Assembly: GCA_052390235.1 (NCBI GenBank)
Contig: JBQTHB010000001.1
Span: forward strand, 1-64,000
Reading direction: 5' to 3'
Length of the DNA stretch: 64,000 nt
Source of the DNA: Deltaproteobacteria bacterium
GTDB lineage: Bacteria; Desulfobacterota_D; UBA1144; Nemesobacterales; CSP1-2
Shown: one piece after another, positions 1 to 9,379 of the stretch
Position numbering within the stretch: the stretch's first letter is position 1
How the letters are laid out: each line of letters begins with the position of its first letter
The notes under the pieces: model-generated
Seen by the model: the letters and a program-made list of their open reading frames with translations, nothing else
Told to the model about the DNA's origin: nothing
Databases searched by the model: none
Position numbers and translations under genes: made by a program

Positions 1-108
1 CAATACCCTCGTTATCGCCGCCGTCAACGTAGTCTTACCATGATCCACGTGCCCTATCGTCCCTATATTCAAATGCGGCTTCTCCCTCGCAAACTTTACC
101 TTGCTCAT
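1..108 (-). CDS. tuf: Elongation factor Tu, N-terminal part (runs off window)
   Basis: Manual translation from ATG at 108: [36 protein letters not shown] (EF-Tu P-loop); follows the Thr-Tyr-Gly-Thr tRNA cluster. Confidence 0.97.
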   Translation of the reverse strand, partial: MSKVKFAREKPHLNIGTIGHVDHGKTTLTAAITRVL

Positions 109-168
109 CGCTCTCCCTTCCTCCTGAGAATTATTCTTTAATTTTCAACGTTAATAAAACGCAAACTG

Positions 169-241
169 AGCCCACGGGCGGAATCGAACCGCCGACCACG
201 TCCTTACCAAGGACGTGCTCTACCGCCTGAGCTACGTGGGC
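169..241 (-). tRNA. tRNA-Thr(GGT), CCA not encoded
   Basis: Reverse complement GCCCACGTAGCTCAGGCGGTAGAGCACGTCCTTGGTAAGGACGTGGTCGGCGGTTCGATTCCGCCCGTGGGCT folds as a cloverleaf, anticodon GGT. Confidence 0.96.
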
Positions 242-248
242 GTTAAAA

Positions 249-325
249 TGGAGCGGGAGACGGGATTCGAACCCGCGACCCTCAGCTTGGAAGGCTGATG
301 CTCTAGCCAACTGAGCTACTCCCGC
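249..325 (-). tRNA. tRNA-Gly(TCC)
   Basis: GCGGGAGTAGCTCAGTTGGCTAGAGCATCAGCCTTCCAAGCTGAGGGTCGCGGGTTCGAATCCCGTCTCCCGCTCCA. Confidence 0.97.
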
Positions 326-397
326 TCTGAAAGCGCTGAGACTCGAATACGCGCGAATACTTACTTCTACACATAACACTCGCGGATATTTGAGTCT

Positions 398-480
398 TGG
401 GGAGTGAAGGATTCGAACCTACGTAGGCTTGCGCCGGCAGATTTACAGTCTGCTGCCATTGTCCACTCGGCCAACTCCCC
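398..480 (-). tRNA. tRNA-Tyr(GTA), long variable arm, CCA not encoded
   Basis: GGGGAGTTGGCCGAGTGG...GCAGACTGTAAATCTGC...GGTTCGAATCCTTCACTCCCCA. Confidence 0.95.
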
Positions 481-539
481 ATAATTGTAATTATCAATAC
501 AGAGGCGCGCTGAACATTGTGCATCATGAAACTCAGCAA

Positions 540-614
540 TGGAGCTGGCGAAGGGATTTGAACCCCCGACCTGCTGATTACAAGTCAGCTGCTCTACCAC
601 TGAGCTACGCCAGC
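540..614 (-). tRNA. tRNA-Thr(TGT)
   Basis: GCTGGCGTAGCTCAGTGGTAGAGCAGCTGACTTGTAATCAGCAGGTCGGGGGTTCAAATCCCTTCGCCAGCTCCA. Confidence 0.97.
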
Positions 615-686
615 TTACAGAGCCAACAATTTGTTTCCCGGTATTTAACATTAATAATTTACGAGTTATTACCGACAAAGTCTCTA

Positions 687-716
687 ATACTAACATAAAA
701 AAAATGGCTTTGTCAA
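687..716 (-). promoter_or_regulatory. Putative sigma70 promoter of tRNA-tuf operon
   Basis: Minus strand TTGACA-18 bp-TAGTAT with TGn extension, upstream of first tRNA. Confidence 0.6.
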
Positions 717-794
717 ATTTGAATTTGGCGAGAAAAAAGGAAATTTTGATTCCGCAATAACCGGCATTTTTATTCTCGCCATCTCATCGAAAGT

Positions 795-832
795 AAATAG
801 AAAGCCGGGGAGTCTCAATGGATCTCCCCGGC
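795..832 (-). terminator. Rho-independent terminator after surface protein gene
   Basis: 9-bp stem GCCGGGGAG/CTCCCCGGC (804-812/824-832) followed on minus strand by TTTCTATTT. Confidence 0.65.
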
Positions 833-863
833 CACTTACCCTATAAAACACAATCGCTTTCGA

Positions 864-3800
864 TTAGTTGCTTCTCAATACCCTTCTTCTGAGCATCCAC
901 AATCCTACGCCGATGGCAGGAAGGAAGGATATAAGCATATTAGCCACTACGGACTCCGCTTTTGGATTCTCCGCTCCTATCGAGCAACCGCCGCCGCCGC
1001 CGTTGCATACGGGGCTACCGTCGCAATTAGGATCGTCGCAATCCGAGAACCCGTCGCCGTCGTTGTCAAAGTTATCGTCGCAGGCGGTTTCAGGAGCAGG
1101 CGGAGCGCAGGCAGGGCTCCCAGCGCAGTTGCTGTCGAAGCAGTCCGCAGGGCCGTCGCCGTCGTCATCTATCCCGTTGCTACAATTAGTCTCAGGTCCG
1201 GGCGCGGCACAGGCAAGGCTCCCGGCGCAATCCGGGTCGGTGCAGTCCGCAGGGCCGTCGCCGTCGTCATCTATTCCGTTGCTACAATTAGTCTCAGGCG
1301 TCGGGTCGCAAACAGCTTCCGCGTCGCAGTCTAAATCGTCGCAATCAACCGCTCCGTCCCCGTCCCCGTCCACTCCGTCGCTGCAGTTGCCCTCAGTAGG
1401 TATCGGCTCAGGCGTCGGAGTCGGGCACGCAACATCGCCGGCGCACTGTGGGTCGCCGCAGTCCGTAACTAGGTTCTGTAGCGGGTTGTTATTCACGCCA
1501 TCTGCGCAGGTGCCGGCAAAGGCTATCCCCTCTTGGCAGTCCGGCGCGTTAAAGCAGTCGCTATCCAAACAATCTGTATTTCCGTCGTTATCGTTGTCTA
1601 TACCATCCGAGCACTCAACCCCTCCGGCTTCCACGCACGCAGGATCGCCTATACACTGGGAGTCGTTGCAGTCCGTAGTGCCGTCCGAGTCGTTATCCTC
1701 GCCGTCAGCGCAGAACCCGGCTTCGGTCGGGCGAAATTCATCTGCCCCTATGTCCGGCGCGCTGAATCTGGGGTCTCCCTCAAAGTCGTTAGCCACGCTC
1801 GCCGGCGACCCCGCGTTTATTGCAGGGGATGTCGCGGTGAGTCTGTAATTCCTGTTAGGCGCGTCGAAATAATCGGGGTCCGAGCTGATATTGTCCCCTA
1901 TCTCCGCCAGCACGCAGTTCACCCCGATAAATACGTCCCTCGGCACTATCTCGGTGCCTACGTTAGATGTCTGTAGCGTTACGAATGAGCTTGCCGCCGC
2001 CGCATCGCACCATATATCCTCTCCCACTTCCGTTATGCCAGCAGGTGTGCCAGCTAAGTTGAAAATTATGTTCGAGTTAAGAGACGTAAACACCGTGTCC
2101 GTATCATTTACATATACCCCGCCCCCGAAGCTCGTCGCCCTGTTATCGCTTATCGTGCAGTGCGTGCAGGTCATATTCGCCTCGTCCATCATGCATATCG
2201 CGCCGCCTCGCGCCACTGTGGGCTGTCCAGTCGCCGTGTTCTGCGCGAAAAATGTGTTTATCGCCTGCCCATTACTCGTCCCCTCAAACAATCCTATCGC
2301 TCCCCCGCCACATATATCCGCCGCTGTCGTTATCGAATCATTCCCAAAGAAGAAACTATCCCGTATCTGAAATTCACAGTTGTCGCACGCAAGCCCGCCG
2401 CCAGAGCCGTTCGCCTGATTCTCCTCTACACTCACGCGCACGAGTCTCACCACTACCTGATTCGTCGCCCCAGCCCCGCCGTCCTCGTCCGCCTCTATGC
2501 CCCCTCCCTCATCCTCCGAGAAATTTCCTATTATGTTCACGTCCGTCAAATCGAGCGCGCTCCCGCTCTCCGCAGATATTCCTCCGCCCTCGTCATCAGA
2601 TATATTCCCCACTATGTTCGTTCGCCCTAGCTCGCTACTGGCCGCCTCAGCTATCAGGACTGAGTTGTCCATGTGTAATCCGCCGCCGTCTCCGTCCCCG
2701 TCGTTGCTGGCAGTGGTGTTACCGTTGACGTTTGTCGAGGCGCCTGTAATGCTGTCTTCGCGCAATCTGACGACGCTCTCGTTCACGGCAGAGATACCGC
2801 CGCCGTCATCGTCGAGGGCGACGTTGTCATTGACGTTGCTCCCCTCGATTACTACGTTTGCCTCGTCCACGTGCATACCGCCTCCATCTTGGTCAGCCAC
2901 GTTCTCGGAGATATTGCTCGCATTCCTCACAGTTATGGTGCAGAGGGATGCAATATCCGTCGCTAATCCGCCGCCGTTGCCCTCGTCCGATGTGTTCCTT
3001 ACCACGTCGCTTGCATCTATGGTTATAGAGGAGTCGTCGCAGAACAGTCCGCCGCCGTCATCGTCAGCGACGTTCTCAAGCACCACGCTGTCGTCTATGG
3101 AAAGCCCAGGAATGGCTGAGTCGTTCACGAATATGCCAGCCCCATCGTCCCCGGCGCGGTTGTTGGGTCCTACCGTCGAGCCGTTCACGTCCACTACCGA
3201 GTCGTCAATGAACAGCCCGCCGCCGCCGCCGTCCGCTTCGTTGTTGCGGATAGAGCAGTTGCTGATGACAACATCTGAGCCGGTGATGAATCCGCCGCCG
3301 CCGTCCCCGCCGGAGGCGTTGTTATCCTCGATAATACACCGGTTGAACATCGCAGAGCCGGTGATGGATACGAAGGTAGAGTCGTTGAGGCAGAAGCCGC
3401 CGCCGTCAGTGGATGAGAAGTTATCGTTCATAACGATGTCCACGAGCGTAATGTCGGAGGACTGGTCAACGACTATCGCCCCGCCGCAGTCAGCGCCGCC
3501 GGATGCCGGAGCCGGGTCTGCCGTGCCATTCTGTAGCACGAAGCCGGAGACCGTTATACCACCCGACAGAGAGATGGCTATCGCCGGAGATGCCCCGTTT
3601 ATCGTCGTGATATTCATAGCCGGGTTACGGGTCGCAAAGTTCGGGACTCCGTTCACAAACGGAAAGCCGCCCACTAGCTCCAGCGCGCTCAGGTTATCTA
3701 TCACGACGTTTTCGTTGTACTGCCCGCGCGCCACGAGGATTCTATCCCCCGCGATGAAGCTATCCACCGCCTGCTGTATCGTCAAACATGGCGCAAGAGG

Positions 3801-3944
3801 GTCAGAGCAGGTATTAGCCCCCGCCTGATCGTCCCCGCTCTTCGCCACAAAGCGATCAATCGCAAAAGCCGAATTTGCTATTGAAAATGTCAACAAAAAC
3901 AAGGGCAAACACAAGAGCCTAAAAGCCCATCTAGGTGTATTCAT
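864..3944 (-). CDS. Large exported surface protein: beta-helix (GGG[AIL] repeats), choice-of-anchor-Q-like segment, seven Cys/Asp-rich repeats, C-terminal GGGGGC-TM-RRR sorting signal
   Basis: ATG at 3944 after GGAGGAGG; N-terminal signal peptide; repeated N-x-A/S-x(2-4)-GGG motifs; DP..YRL..SPAINAG..DFEGDPR..PDIGADE; CxDGxDxDxDGxxDCxDxxC repeats; hydrophobic tail ending LRRR. Confidence 0.85.
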   Translation of the reverse strand: MNTPRWAFRLLCLPLFLLTFSIANSAFAIDRFVAKSGDDQAGANTCSDPLAPCLTIQQAVDSFIAGDRILVARGQYNENVVIDNLSALELVGGFPFVNGVPNFATRNPAMNITTINGASPAIAISLSGGITVSGFVLQNGTADPAPASGGADCGGAIVVDQSSDITLVDIVMNDNFSSTDGGGFCLNDSTFVSITGSAMFNRCIIEDNNASGGDGGGGFITGSDVVISNCSIRNNEADGGGGGLFIDDSVVDVNGSTVGPNNRAGDDGAGIFVNDSAIPGLSIDDSVVLENVADDDGGGLFCDDSSITIDASDVVRNTSDEGNGGGLATDIASLCTITVRNASNISENVADQDGGGMHVDEANVVIEGSNVNDNVALDDDGGGISAVNESVVRLREDSITGASTNVNGNTTASNDGDGDGGGLHMDNSVLIAEAASSELGRTNIVGNISDDEGGGISAESGSALDLTDVNIIGNFSEDEGGGIEADEDGGAGATNQVVVRLVRVSVEENQANGSGGGLACDNCEFQIRDSFFFGNDSITTAADICGGGAIGLFEGTSNGQAINTFFAQNTATGQPTVARGGAICMMDEANMTCTHCTISDNRATSFGGGVYVNDTDTVFTSLNSNIIFNLAGTPAGITEVGEDIWCDAAAASSFVTLQTSNVGTEIVPRDVFIGVNCVLAEIGDNISSDPDYFDAPNRNYRLTATSPAINAGSPASVANDFEGDPRFSAPDIGADEFRPTEAGFCADGEDNDSDGTTDCNDSQCIGDPACVEAGGVECSDGIDNDNDGNTDCLDSDCFNAPDCQEGIAFAGTCADGVNNNPLQNLVTDCGDPQCAGDVACPTPTPEPIPTEGNCSDGVDGDGDGAVDCDDLDCDAEAVCDPTPETNCSNGIDDDGDGPADCTDPDCAGSLACAAPGPETNCSNGIDDDGDGPADCFDSNCAGSPACAPPAPETACDDNFDNDGDGFSDCDDPNCDGSPVCNGGGGGCSIGAENPKAESVVANMLISFLPAIGVGLWMLRRRVLRSN
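1141..1298. repeat. Two near-identical 56-bp direct repeats (1141-1196, 1243-1298; 102-bp period) encoding PETNCSNGIDDDGDGPADC
   Basis: Direct comparison shows one mismatch (atcccg vs attccg). Confidence 0.9.
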
Positions 3945-4009
3945 CTCATCCTCCTCCAAATTTTTTTGAAGCGAAAACCCATCGGAAATTTAAATTAGAA
4001 TTGTTTACC

Positions 4010-4039
4010 AGATTACTGGAATTGAACCTGTTTTGTCAA
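4010..4039 (-). promoter_or_regulatory. Putative sigma70 promoter of surface protein gene
   Basis: Minus strand TTGACA-18 bp-TAATCT in AT-rich intergenic region. Confidence 0.45.
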
Positions 4040-4108
4040 GGGTAAAAACGTAAAATCCTAATGAATGTTAATTATTTCTAATTAAACCAAATAGTCCCGC
4101 AGGTCAGG

Positions 4109-4537
4109 CTAAAACAGGGAAGCTACTATCTCAGTCTCTGCAACCAGCGCCTCGCCCACAAAGGCTTCGCCCTTTATCCACCACATACGGGAGCGCTTCT
4201 TTGTAATCTCCACCCGAAGCCTCACTTCGTCTCCGGGAAGCACGGGTTTTTTGAATCTGGACTTATCCAGCCCCACGAGGGCCGGAGTCTTTCCGGAGAA
4301 GTCCGAGTTTGAGGCGAATAGAAGCACGCAAGCCGCCTGAGCCAGAGCCTCGATAATGACGACGCCCGGAACAATGGGGTTGCCGGGGAAATGCCCCCTA
4401 AGAAAATCGGCGGAGGCAGAGAAAGTCTTTTGAGCCGTAATGGATTTTTCAGCCTCCAGTTCAAGCACGCAGTCAACGAAGAGGAACGGGTCTCTGTGGG
4501 GGAGAAATTTCTCTATCTCATCTCTGGATATTATCAT
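4109..4537 (-). CDS. fabZ: 3-hydroxyacyl-ACP dehydratase
   Basis: LPHRDPFLFVD, GHFPGNPIVPGV.IIEALAQ, FKKPVLPGD motifs. Confidence 0.95.
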   Translation of the reverse strand: MIISRDEIEKFLPHRDPFLFVDCVLELEAEKSITAQKTFSASADFLRGHFPGNPIVPGVVIIEALAQAACVLLFASNSDFSGKTPALVGLDKSRFKKPVLPGDEVRLRVEITKKRSRMWWIKGEAFVGEALVAETEIVASLF

Positions 4538-4567
4538 GAAAGTGTATCTGCCCTCTCAGCGGACGAG

Positions 4568-5095
4568 CTATTTCTTGGCTCCGGCTTTTTTGCCGTCGTA
4601 GGCTTTGATGACCTCATTGGTTAAATCGGCGGAGTCAGCGGCGAAAACCACCCCCCCCTCAGTTCTCTCGACAATGAGAGTGTAACCGCCGGAAGCGCCA
4701 ACCTGCTTGATAACGTCCTGAAGCTCGGTGAGGATTCGCTGGGTGAGTTCAAGGTCGCGTTTTTGAAGCTCTTCGCGGAAGTCGTCGCGCTTTCTGGTGA
4801 GGTCTTTGTCGAGCCTGTCAATTTCCTCGGCTTTCTGGGAGCGCGCCTTTTCTTCCATAACCGCGGCTTTTTTAATGAAGTCCTGCCTTGTGGCATCGAG
4901 CTGCTGTTTTTTCTGCTCTAGGATATTTCTCTTCTGCTGAAATTCGCCCTCAAAAGCGGTTTTCGCCGATTTTCCAGCCTGCGAATCCCTTATAACGCGC
5001 TGGAGATCTACATAAGCTATTTTCTGAGCCGACTGCGCATAGGCAAGGGAAGATATGCCGAGCGCCAAAGTCATTACCAGTAAACCCGATTTCAT
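4568..5095 (-). CDS. skp: OmpH/Skp periplasmic chaperone
   Basis: Signal peptide, KIAYVDLQRV, coiled coil, DLTNEVIKAYD; directly after bamA. Confidence 0.93.
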   Translation of the reverse strand: MKSGLLVMTLALGISSLAYAQSAQKIAYVDLQRVIRDSQAGKSAKTAFEGEFQQKRNILEQKKQQLDATRQDFIKKAAVMEEKARSQKAEEIDRLDKDLTRKRDDFREELQKRDLELTQRILTELQDVIKQVGASGGYTLIVERTEGGVVFAADSADLTNEVIKAYDGKKAGAKK

Positions 5096-5113
5096 ATCAC
5101 AACCTCCTTAAAA

Positions 5114-7408
5114 TTAAAATAGATTGCCTACGGTAAATTGAATTTCGTAGGTATCTTCGTCTGAAAGCCTCTTACCTATTGGGAAGCCCACCTCAATTCT
5201 GAGCGGACCAAGCGGAGAGATCCACCTTACTCCGAACCCTACGTCCTTTCTGTAGTCGCCTATATCGAGGCTTAGGCTCTCATTGTCGTTAAAAACATTG
5301 CCAATATCAAAGAACACGACCCCTTTGAGACCCGCTTCCGGCAGTATGGGAATCACATAGTCGAGGGAGGCGAACATTTCCTGCGTTCCGCCGATAATGA
5401 CAAAATCCCCATCGTCGGTGGGAACGCGCGGCCCTACACGCCTGAACTCAAACCCTCTTAAATCTGACGGGCCCCCTAAGAAAAACCTCTCCGTTACGAT
5501 GAGGTCGTCTTTGTTGTTTCTAAAATTAATTATCCCGTACTGCCCGCCTATGGACAACACGGTTTTAAAGAACGAGGGTATAAACACCCTTGAGGAAAGT
5601 GAGTATTTAATGAAATCCGTGTTCCCGCCGAATGGGCCGGCGTATTCAACCGAGGTTCTCGTCAGGTTGCCTTTTGTCGGGTCAATGCGGTTATTTCTCG
5701 AATCCCAGCCGAAGCCAACGGTGAAACTGCTGATTTTCCTGTCGGTGTCGGAAATCAGAAGGGATGCGTCCTCTGAGACGTCGCTGACATTTACATTCTC
5801 AAACCTGTAGGCAAATCTGCCGCTTAGGTTTCTAAAGAGATTTCTACCGAATCCGACAGTAGCCCCTAAGGAATCCCTGTCGAAGTCTCTGAATTCGCGC
5901 GCGGTTCTAAAGAGGAGCAAATCAAGCTGATAATCGGAATCCAGAAAATTGGGGTCTTGATAGTCGAGCAGGAATAGGCGCGTAACCCCTCCGAGCTGAG
6001 CCGAAAGCCCCAGGCTCTTTCCGTATCCAAAGAGATTTGACTCCTGAATCTGACCGGCAAACAGGAACGTCTCTACGGAGCTAAACCCGCCGGCGATGCT
6101 GAAAAATCCGGTGGGTTTTTCCTTCACCCTCACGTTTACATCGAGCCTATCCTCGGTTTCGGGAATGAGCTTGGTGCCGACCTCGACGTTATCCTCAAAG
6201 TAGCCGAGCCTAAACACGCTGGACTTGATTTGCTGCACTTTGCTGGCGCTGAATTTGTCCTGCTCCTGAATGGAAATCTCTCGCCTTATGACTTTATCGC
6301 GGGTTCTGGTGTTGCCGGCTATGTCAATATTTCCAATGGAGACGAGCGCGCCTTTCTCGACGGTTAGAATGACGTCAACTAAGAGGTCTTGCTTATTTTG
6401 CTTAAAAAGCGGGTCTATGTTGGCGAAGGCATAGCCCCTATCGCCGTAGAAGGTCGTGAGCTTTGCAATATCGCGGGAGAGCTTGGATGCGCCGAATATC
6501 TCTCCGGGCTTGAGCAGTAGTACATCCGCCAGTTCCTGCTCCGAGGTCTCCAAATCCCCTTGGAAAGAGATCACTCCTACCTTATATTGAGGGCCCTCTT
6601 CAATTCTAAATGCAACGATATATCCCTCTTCATCCTTGCTGTACTCAACCTCGGGACCGCTCACGTTGGCATCAAGATAGCCGTTATCGAGATATACCCC
6701 TCTTACGCGCTCCTTATCCCGCTCGATTTCCTCCCTCCTGTACAGTCCCCTCTGAGTGAGGACGGATAGAAAGGATTTGGGTTTGGAGTATATGGATTTG
6801 AGGATTTCGTCTTTGTCTATGGATTTATTGCCGAATAGATCCAGTTTTTTTATGTACGCCCTTTTGCCTTCCTTTATATCATAGGTGAGGCTCACCGTCC
6901 CCTCGCCCTTGGGTTCAATGCCGAATTCGACCTCGGTCGGGACTATCCCTTTTTCGGAATACAGTTTATTTATGGCGGCAAGGCTCGACTGCACGCGCTC
7001 GAGCTGAATTATCTGCCCCTCGGTTACGGTCATCACGGCGAGAATGTCTTCGGTTTCAATCGCGTCGTTTCCCCGAATTCTGAGGTCAACTAACACGGGC
7101 TTTTCCTTAACGTTGAAAACTAGGGCATCGCCGTCTTCGGTTTTTTCAAGCTCCGCGGCAACGTCGTCGAAGAATCCGAGCTTGTAGATGTTCTTTATGT
7201 CCTCTTTAACAGTTTCAGATGAATACGCTTTGCCCACTTTCGAGGAGAGATTGGCTTTAATTATCTCGGCTTCAATCCTCCTGTTCCCCTTGATTTGAAT
7301 TATGTCTATAATCTGCCCCTGGGCAAATCCGCTCATCTCAAGCGCGCCCACGGAGATTGCGAACGCCCCGATAATCAGCAAAACAGGTTTTAGAAATTTA
7401 GTTTTCAT
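5114..7408 (-). CDS. bamA: Outer membrane protein assembly factor BamA
   Basis: POTRA repeats (GNTRTRDKVIRRE), FFLGG..LRGF loop, GFGVRWISPLGPLR, C-terminal Phe. Confidence 0.96.
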   Translation of the reverse strand: MKTKFLKPVLLIIGAFAISVGALEMSGFAQGQIIDIIQIKGNRRIEAEIIKANLSSKVGKAYSSETVKEDIKNIYKLGFFDDVAAELEKTEDGDALVFNVKEKPVLVDLRIRGNDAIETEDILAVMTVTEGQIIQLERVQSSLAAINKLYSEKGIVPTEVEFGIEPKGEGTVSLTYDIKEGKRAYIKKLDLFGNKSIDKDEILKSIYSKPKSFLSVLTQRGLYRREEIERDKERVRGVYLDNGYLDANVSGPEVEYSKDEEGYIVAFRIEEGPQYKVGVISFQGDLETSEQELADVLLLKPGEIFGASKLSRDIAKLTTFYGDRGYAFANIDPLFKQNKQDLLVDVILTVEKGALVSIGNIDIAGNTRTRDKVIRREISIQEQDKFSASKVQQIKSSVFRLGYFEDNVEVGTKLIPETEDRLDVNVRVKEKPTGFFSIAGGFSSVETFLFAGQIQESNLFGYGKSLGLSAQLGGVTRLFLLDYQDPNFLDSDYQLDLLLFRTAREFRDFDRDSLGATVGFGRNLFRNLSGRFAYRFENVNVSDVSEDASLLISDTDRKISSFTVGFGWDSRNNRIDPTKGNLTRTSVEYAGPFGGNTDFIKYSLSSRVFIPSFFKTVLSIGGQYGIINFRNNKDDLIVTERFFLGGPSDLRGFEFRRVGPRVPTDDGDFVIIGGTQEMFASLDYVIPILPEAGLKGVVFFDIGNVFNDNESLSLDIGDYRKDVGFGVRWISPLGPLRIEVGFPIGKRLSDEDTYEIQFTVGNLF

Positions 7409-8084
7409 CTATAATTTTCCCGTCCAAGAGTCTGATTCTTCTGCCGAGCCTCATTGCCAGTCCGGGATTGTGAGTAACGAGAACCAGCGTAAGACTGATT
7501 TCTTCATTTAACTTAACAAACAAATCCAACACCGACGCGCTGGTTTCCATATCGAGATTCCCCGTAGGCTCGTCGGCGAGAACAACCCTGGGCTTCAGCA
7601 CAACCGCCCTTGCTATAGCCACTCTCTGCTGTTCTCCGCCAGAAAGCTCGCCGGGGCGATGCGAGAGCCTGTGTGAAAGCCCGACCTTTTCGAGAATTTC
7701 GAGCGCCGCCTCCCTTGCCTGCTTCGCCCCGATACCCTGAACCAAAGCCGGCATCATCACATTCTCAACCGCGCTAAACTCCGGCAGAAGGTAGTGAAAC
7801 TGGAAAACAAACCCTATGCGGCGGTTTCTAAATACCGCAAGCTCCCTATCGCTCTGGCTGAAAATATCCTCCCCCTCGTAGCGCACCGAGCCTTCCGTGG
7901 GGCGGTCAAGCGTGCCGAGTATATGCAGAAGGGTGCTTTTTCCCGACCCCGAAACCCCCAGGACGGCAAGCGTCTGCCCTTTCTGGATGGTTAGGTCAAT
8001 CCCCCTCAGAGCGTGAACCGAATCGCCGTTGTTGATAAATCTCTTGGCGAGACCGCGAATCTCTATCATTTCACCGCCGCTCAT
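7398..8084 (-). CDS. lolD: Lipoprotein-releasing ABC transporter ATPase LolD
   Basis: GVSGSGKST, GFVFQFHYLL, LSGGEQQRVAIARA, DEPTGNLD; ATGA overlap with lolC stop. Confidence 0.93.
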   Translation of the reverse strand: MSGGEMIEIRGLAKRFINNGDSVHALRGIDLTIQKGQTLAVLGVSGSGKSTLLHILGTLDRPTEGSVRYEGEDIFSQSDRELAVFRNRRIGFVFQFHYLLPEFSAVENVMMPALVQGIGAKQAREAALEILEKVGLSHRLSHRPGELSGGEQQRVAIARAVVLKPRVVLADEPTGNLDMETSASVLDLFVKLNEEISLTLVLVTHNPGLAMRLGRRIRLLDGKIIDEN

Positions 8085-9379
8085 TCGTACCTCAGCGCCT
8101 CTACCGGGTCTTTGCGAGACGCCTGATAGGACGGATAGAGGGTCGCGAGAAAACATATAAGCAGGCTCGCCCCCGCAACCGTCAAAAAGTAAAACGGCTC
8201 AATTTTAACCGGAAAATCCGAAACAAAATAGACCTCCGGGTCGAAAGGTATAAGCCCCTTAATCAAATCGCTCGTCTTGATGAGATAGCACGCCAAAAAC
8301 CCCGCAACCGTCCCCAGCAGAGTCCCGACGACGCCGATAATCATACCATCTATGATAAAAATTTTCATAATCCCCTCTTGAGTCGCCCCCATTGCGCGGA
8401 GAATTGCGATGTCTCTGCCCTTTTCCATCACGACCATCGTGAGCGTGCTTACGATGTCGAGGGCGGCAACGAGTATGATTAGACCGAGAAATATGGCGAT
8501 GGCTATCCTCTCGAGCCGAAGGGCGCGAAAGAGGCTCTTGTTCACCTCTTCCCAGTTCCTCGTATAAAACGGAAACCCCAGCGAGGAGGCAATCCCCGAC
8601 CCTAAGTCGCGCGCCTTATAGACGTTTGCGACGCTTATCTCAATCCCCGATACCCTGCCGTCCATCTCGAAAAAGTCGGTTGCGTCTTTCAGAGATACAT
8701 AGGCAATGGAAGAGTCGTATTCGAGCATTCCGTAATCAAAAAGCCCTATGATTTCAAACCTCTTGACTTTGGGCTGAGGGCCAAAGGGACCGAATTTCCC
8801 AAGGGGAGAGACGAGATTTATTAAGTCGCCCACCTCTACGGCGAGGCTTGAGGCAAGCTCCTTGCCTATTATCACCGCGGGCCTGCCTGATTTCGTGGGG
8901 CCATTTAATTTCTCCAATATCTCTTTGCCCATCCCTGCAAGCTCCGAGTCTGAGGTTTTCTTCTCTCTGCCTACGCTCCCCCTTCCTATAGCCTCTTTAA
9001 TATTGGTAACGCTCCCGGCGTTTGCAGGGTCAATCCCCCTTACGACCACCCCGACCACACTCGCCTCGCCGACCATCATTCCCTGTCCATAGACAAAGGG
9101 ACTCGCGCCGACCACTCCGGGATAGGCCAAAACCTTTTTGCGCGTCTCCTCATAATTGCCTAGCGGGCCATCGTAGCTCAGAACCACGACGTGGGAATTG
9201 ACGCCGACAATTTTATCCATTAGCTCCTCTTCAAACCCCTTCATCACGGCAAGCACCACGTTCAGAGCCATGACCCCGATAAATACGCCGAGTATCGAAA
9301 TCAGCCCTATAACCGATATGAAGGTCTGCCTTCTCTTGGATGCGAGGTATCGGAGTCCTATAAAGAATTCGTATTTCAT
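8081..9379 (-). CDS. lolC: Lipoprotein-releasing ABC transporter permease LolC/E
   Basis: FIGLRYL..KRRQTFIS, VLAVMKGF, EKGRDIAILRAMGAT, ATLYPS..DPVEALRYE. Confidence 0.92.
   Translation of the reverse strand: MKYEFFIGLRYLASKRRQTFISVIGLISILGVFIGVMALNVVLAVMKGFEEELMDKIVGVNSHVVVLSYDGPLGNYEETRKKVLAYPGVVGASPFVYGQGMMVGEASVVGVVVRGIDPANAGSVTNIKEAIGRGSVGREKKTSDSELAGMGKEILEKLNGPTKSGRPAVIIGKELASSLAVEVGDLINLVSPLGKFGPFGPQPKVKRFEIIGLFDYGMLEYDSSIAYVSLKDATDFFEMDGRVSGIEISVANVYKARDLGSGIASSLGFPFYTRNWEEVNKSLFRALRLERIAIAIFLGLIILVAALDIVSTLTMVVMEKGRDIAILRAMGATQEGIMKIFIIDGMIIGVVGTLLGTVAGFLACYLIKTSDLIKGLIPFDPEVYFVSDFPVKIEPFYFLTVAGASLLICFLATLYPSYQASRKDPVEALRYE

Noticed and set aside
131..698. Four short ORFs in the ORF track
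   Set aside because: They overlap the four tRNA genes and are translation artefacts
868..3828. Long plus-strand ORFs (868-1848, 2497-3828) rich in Ser/Pro
   Set aside because: Antisense shadows of the Gly/Asp-rich surface protein; no independent motifs
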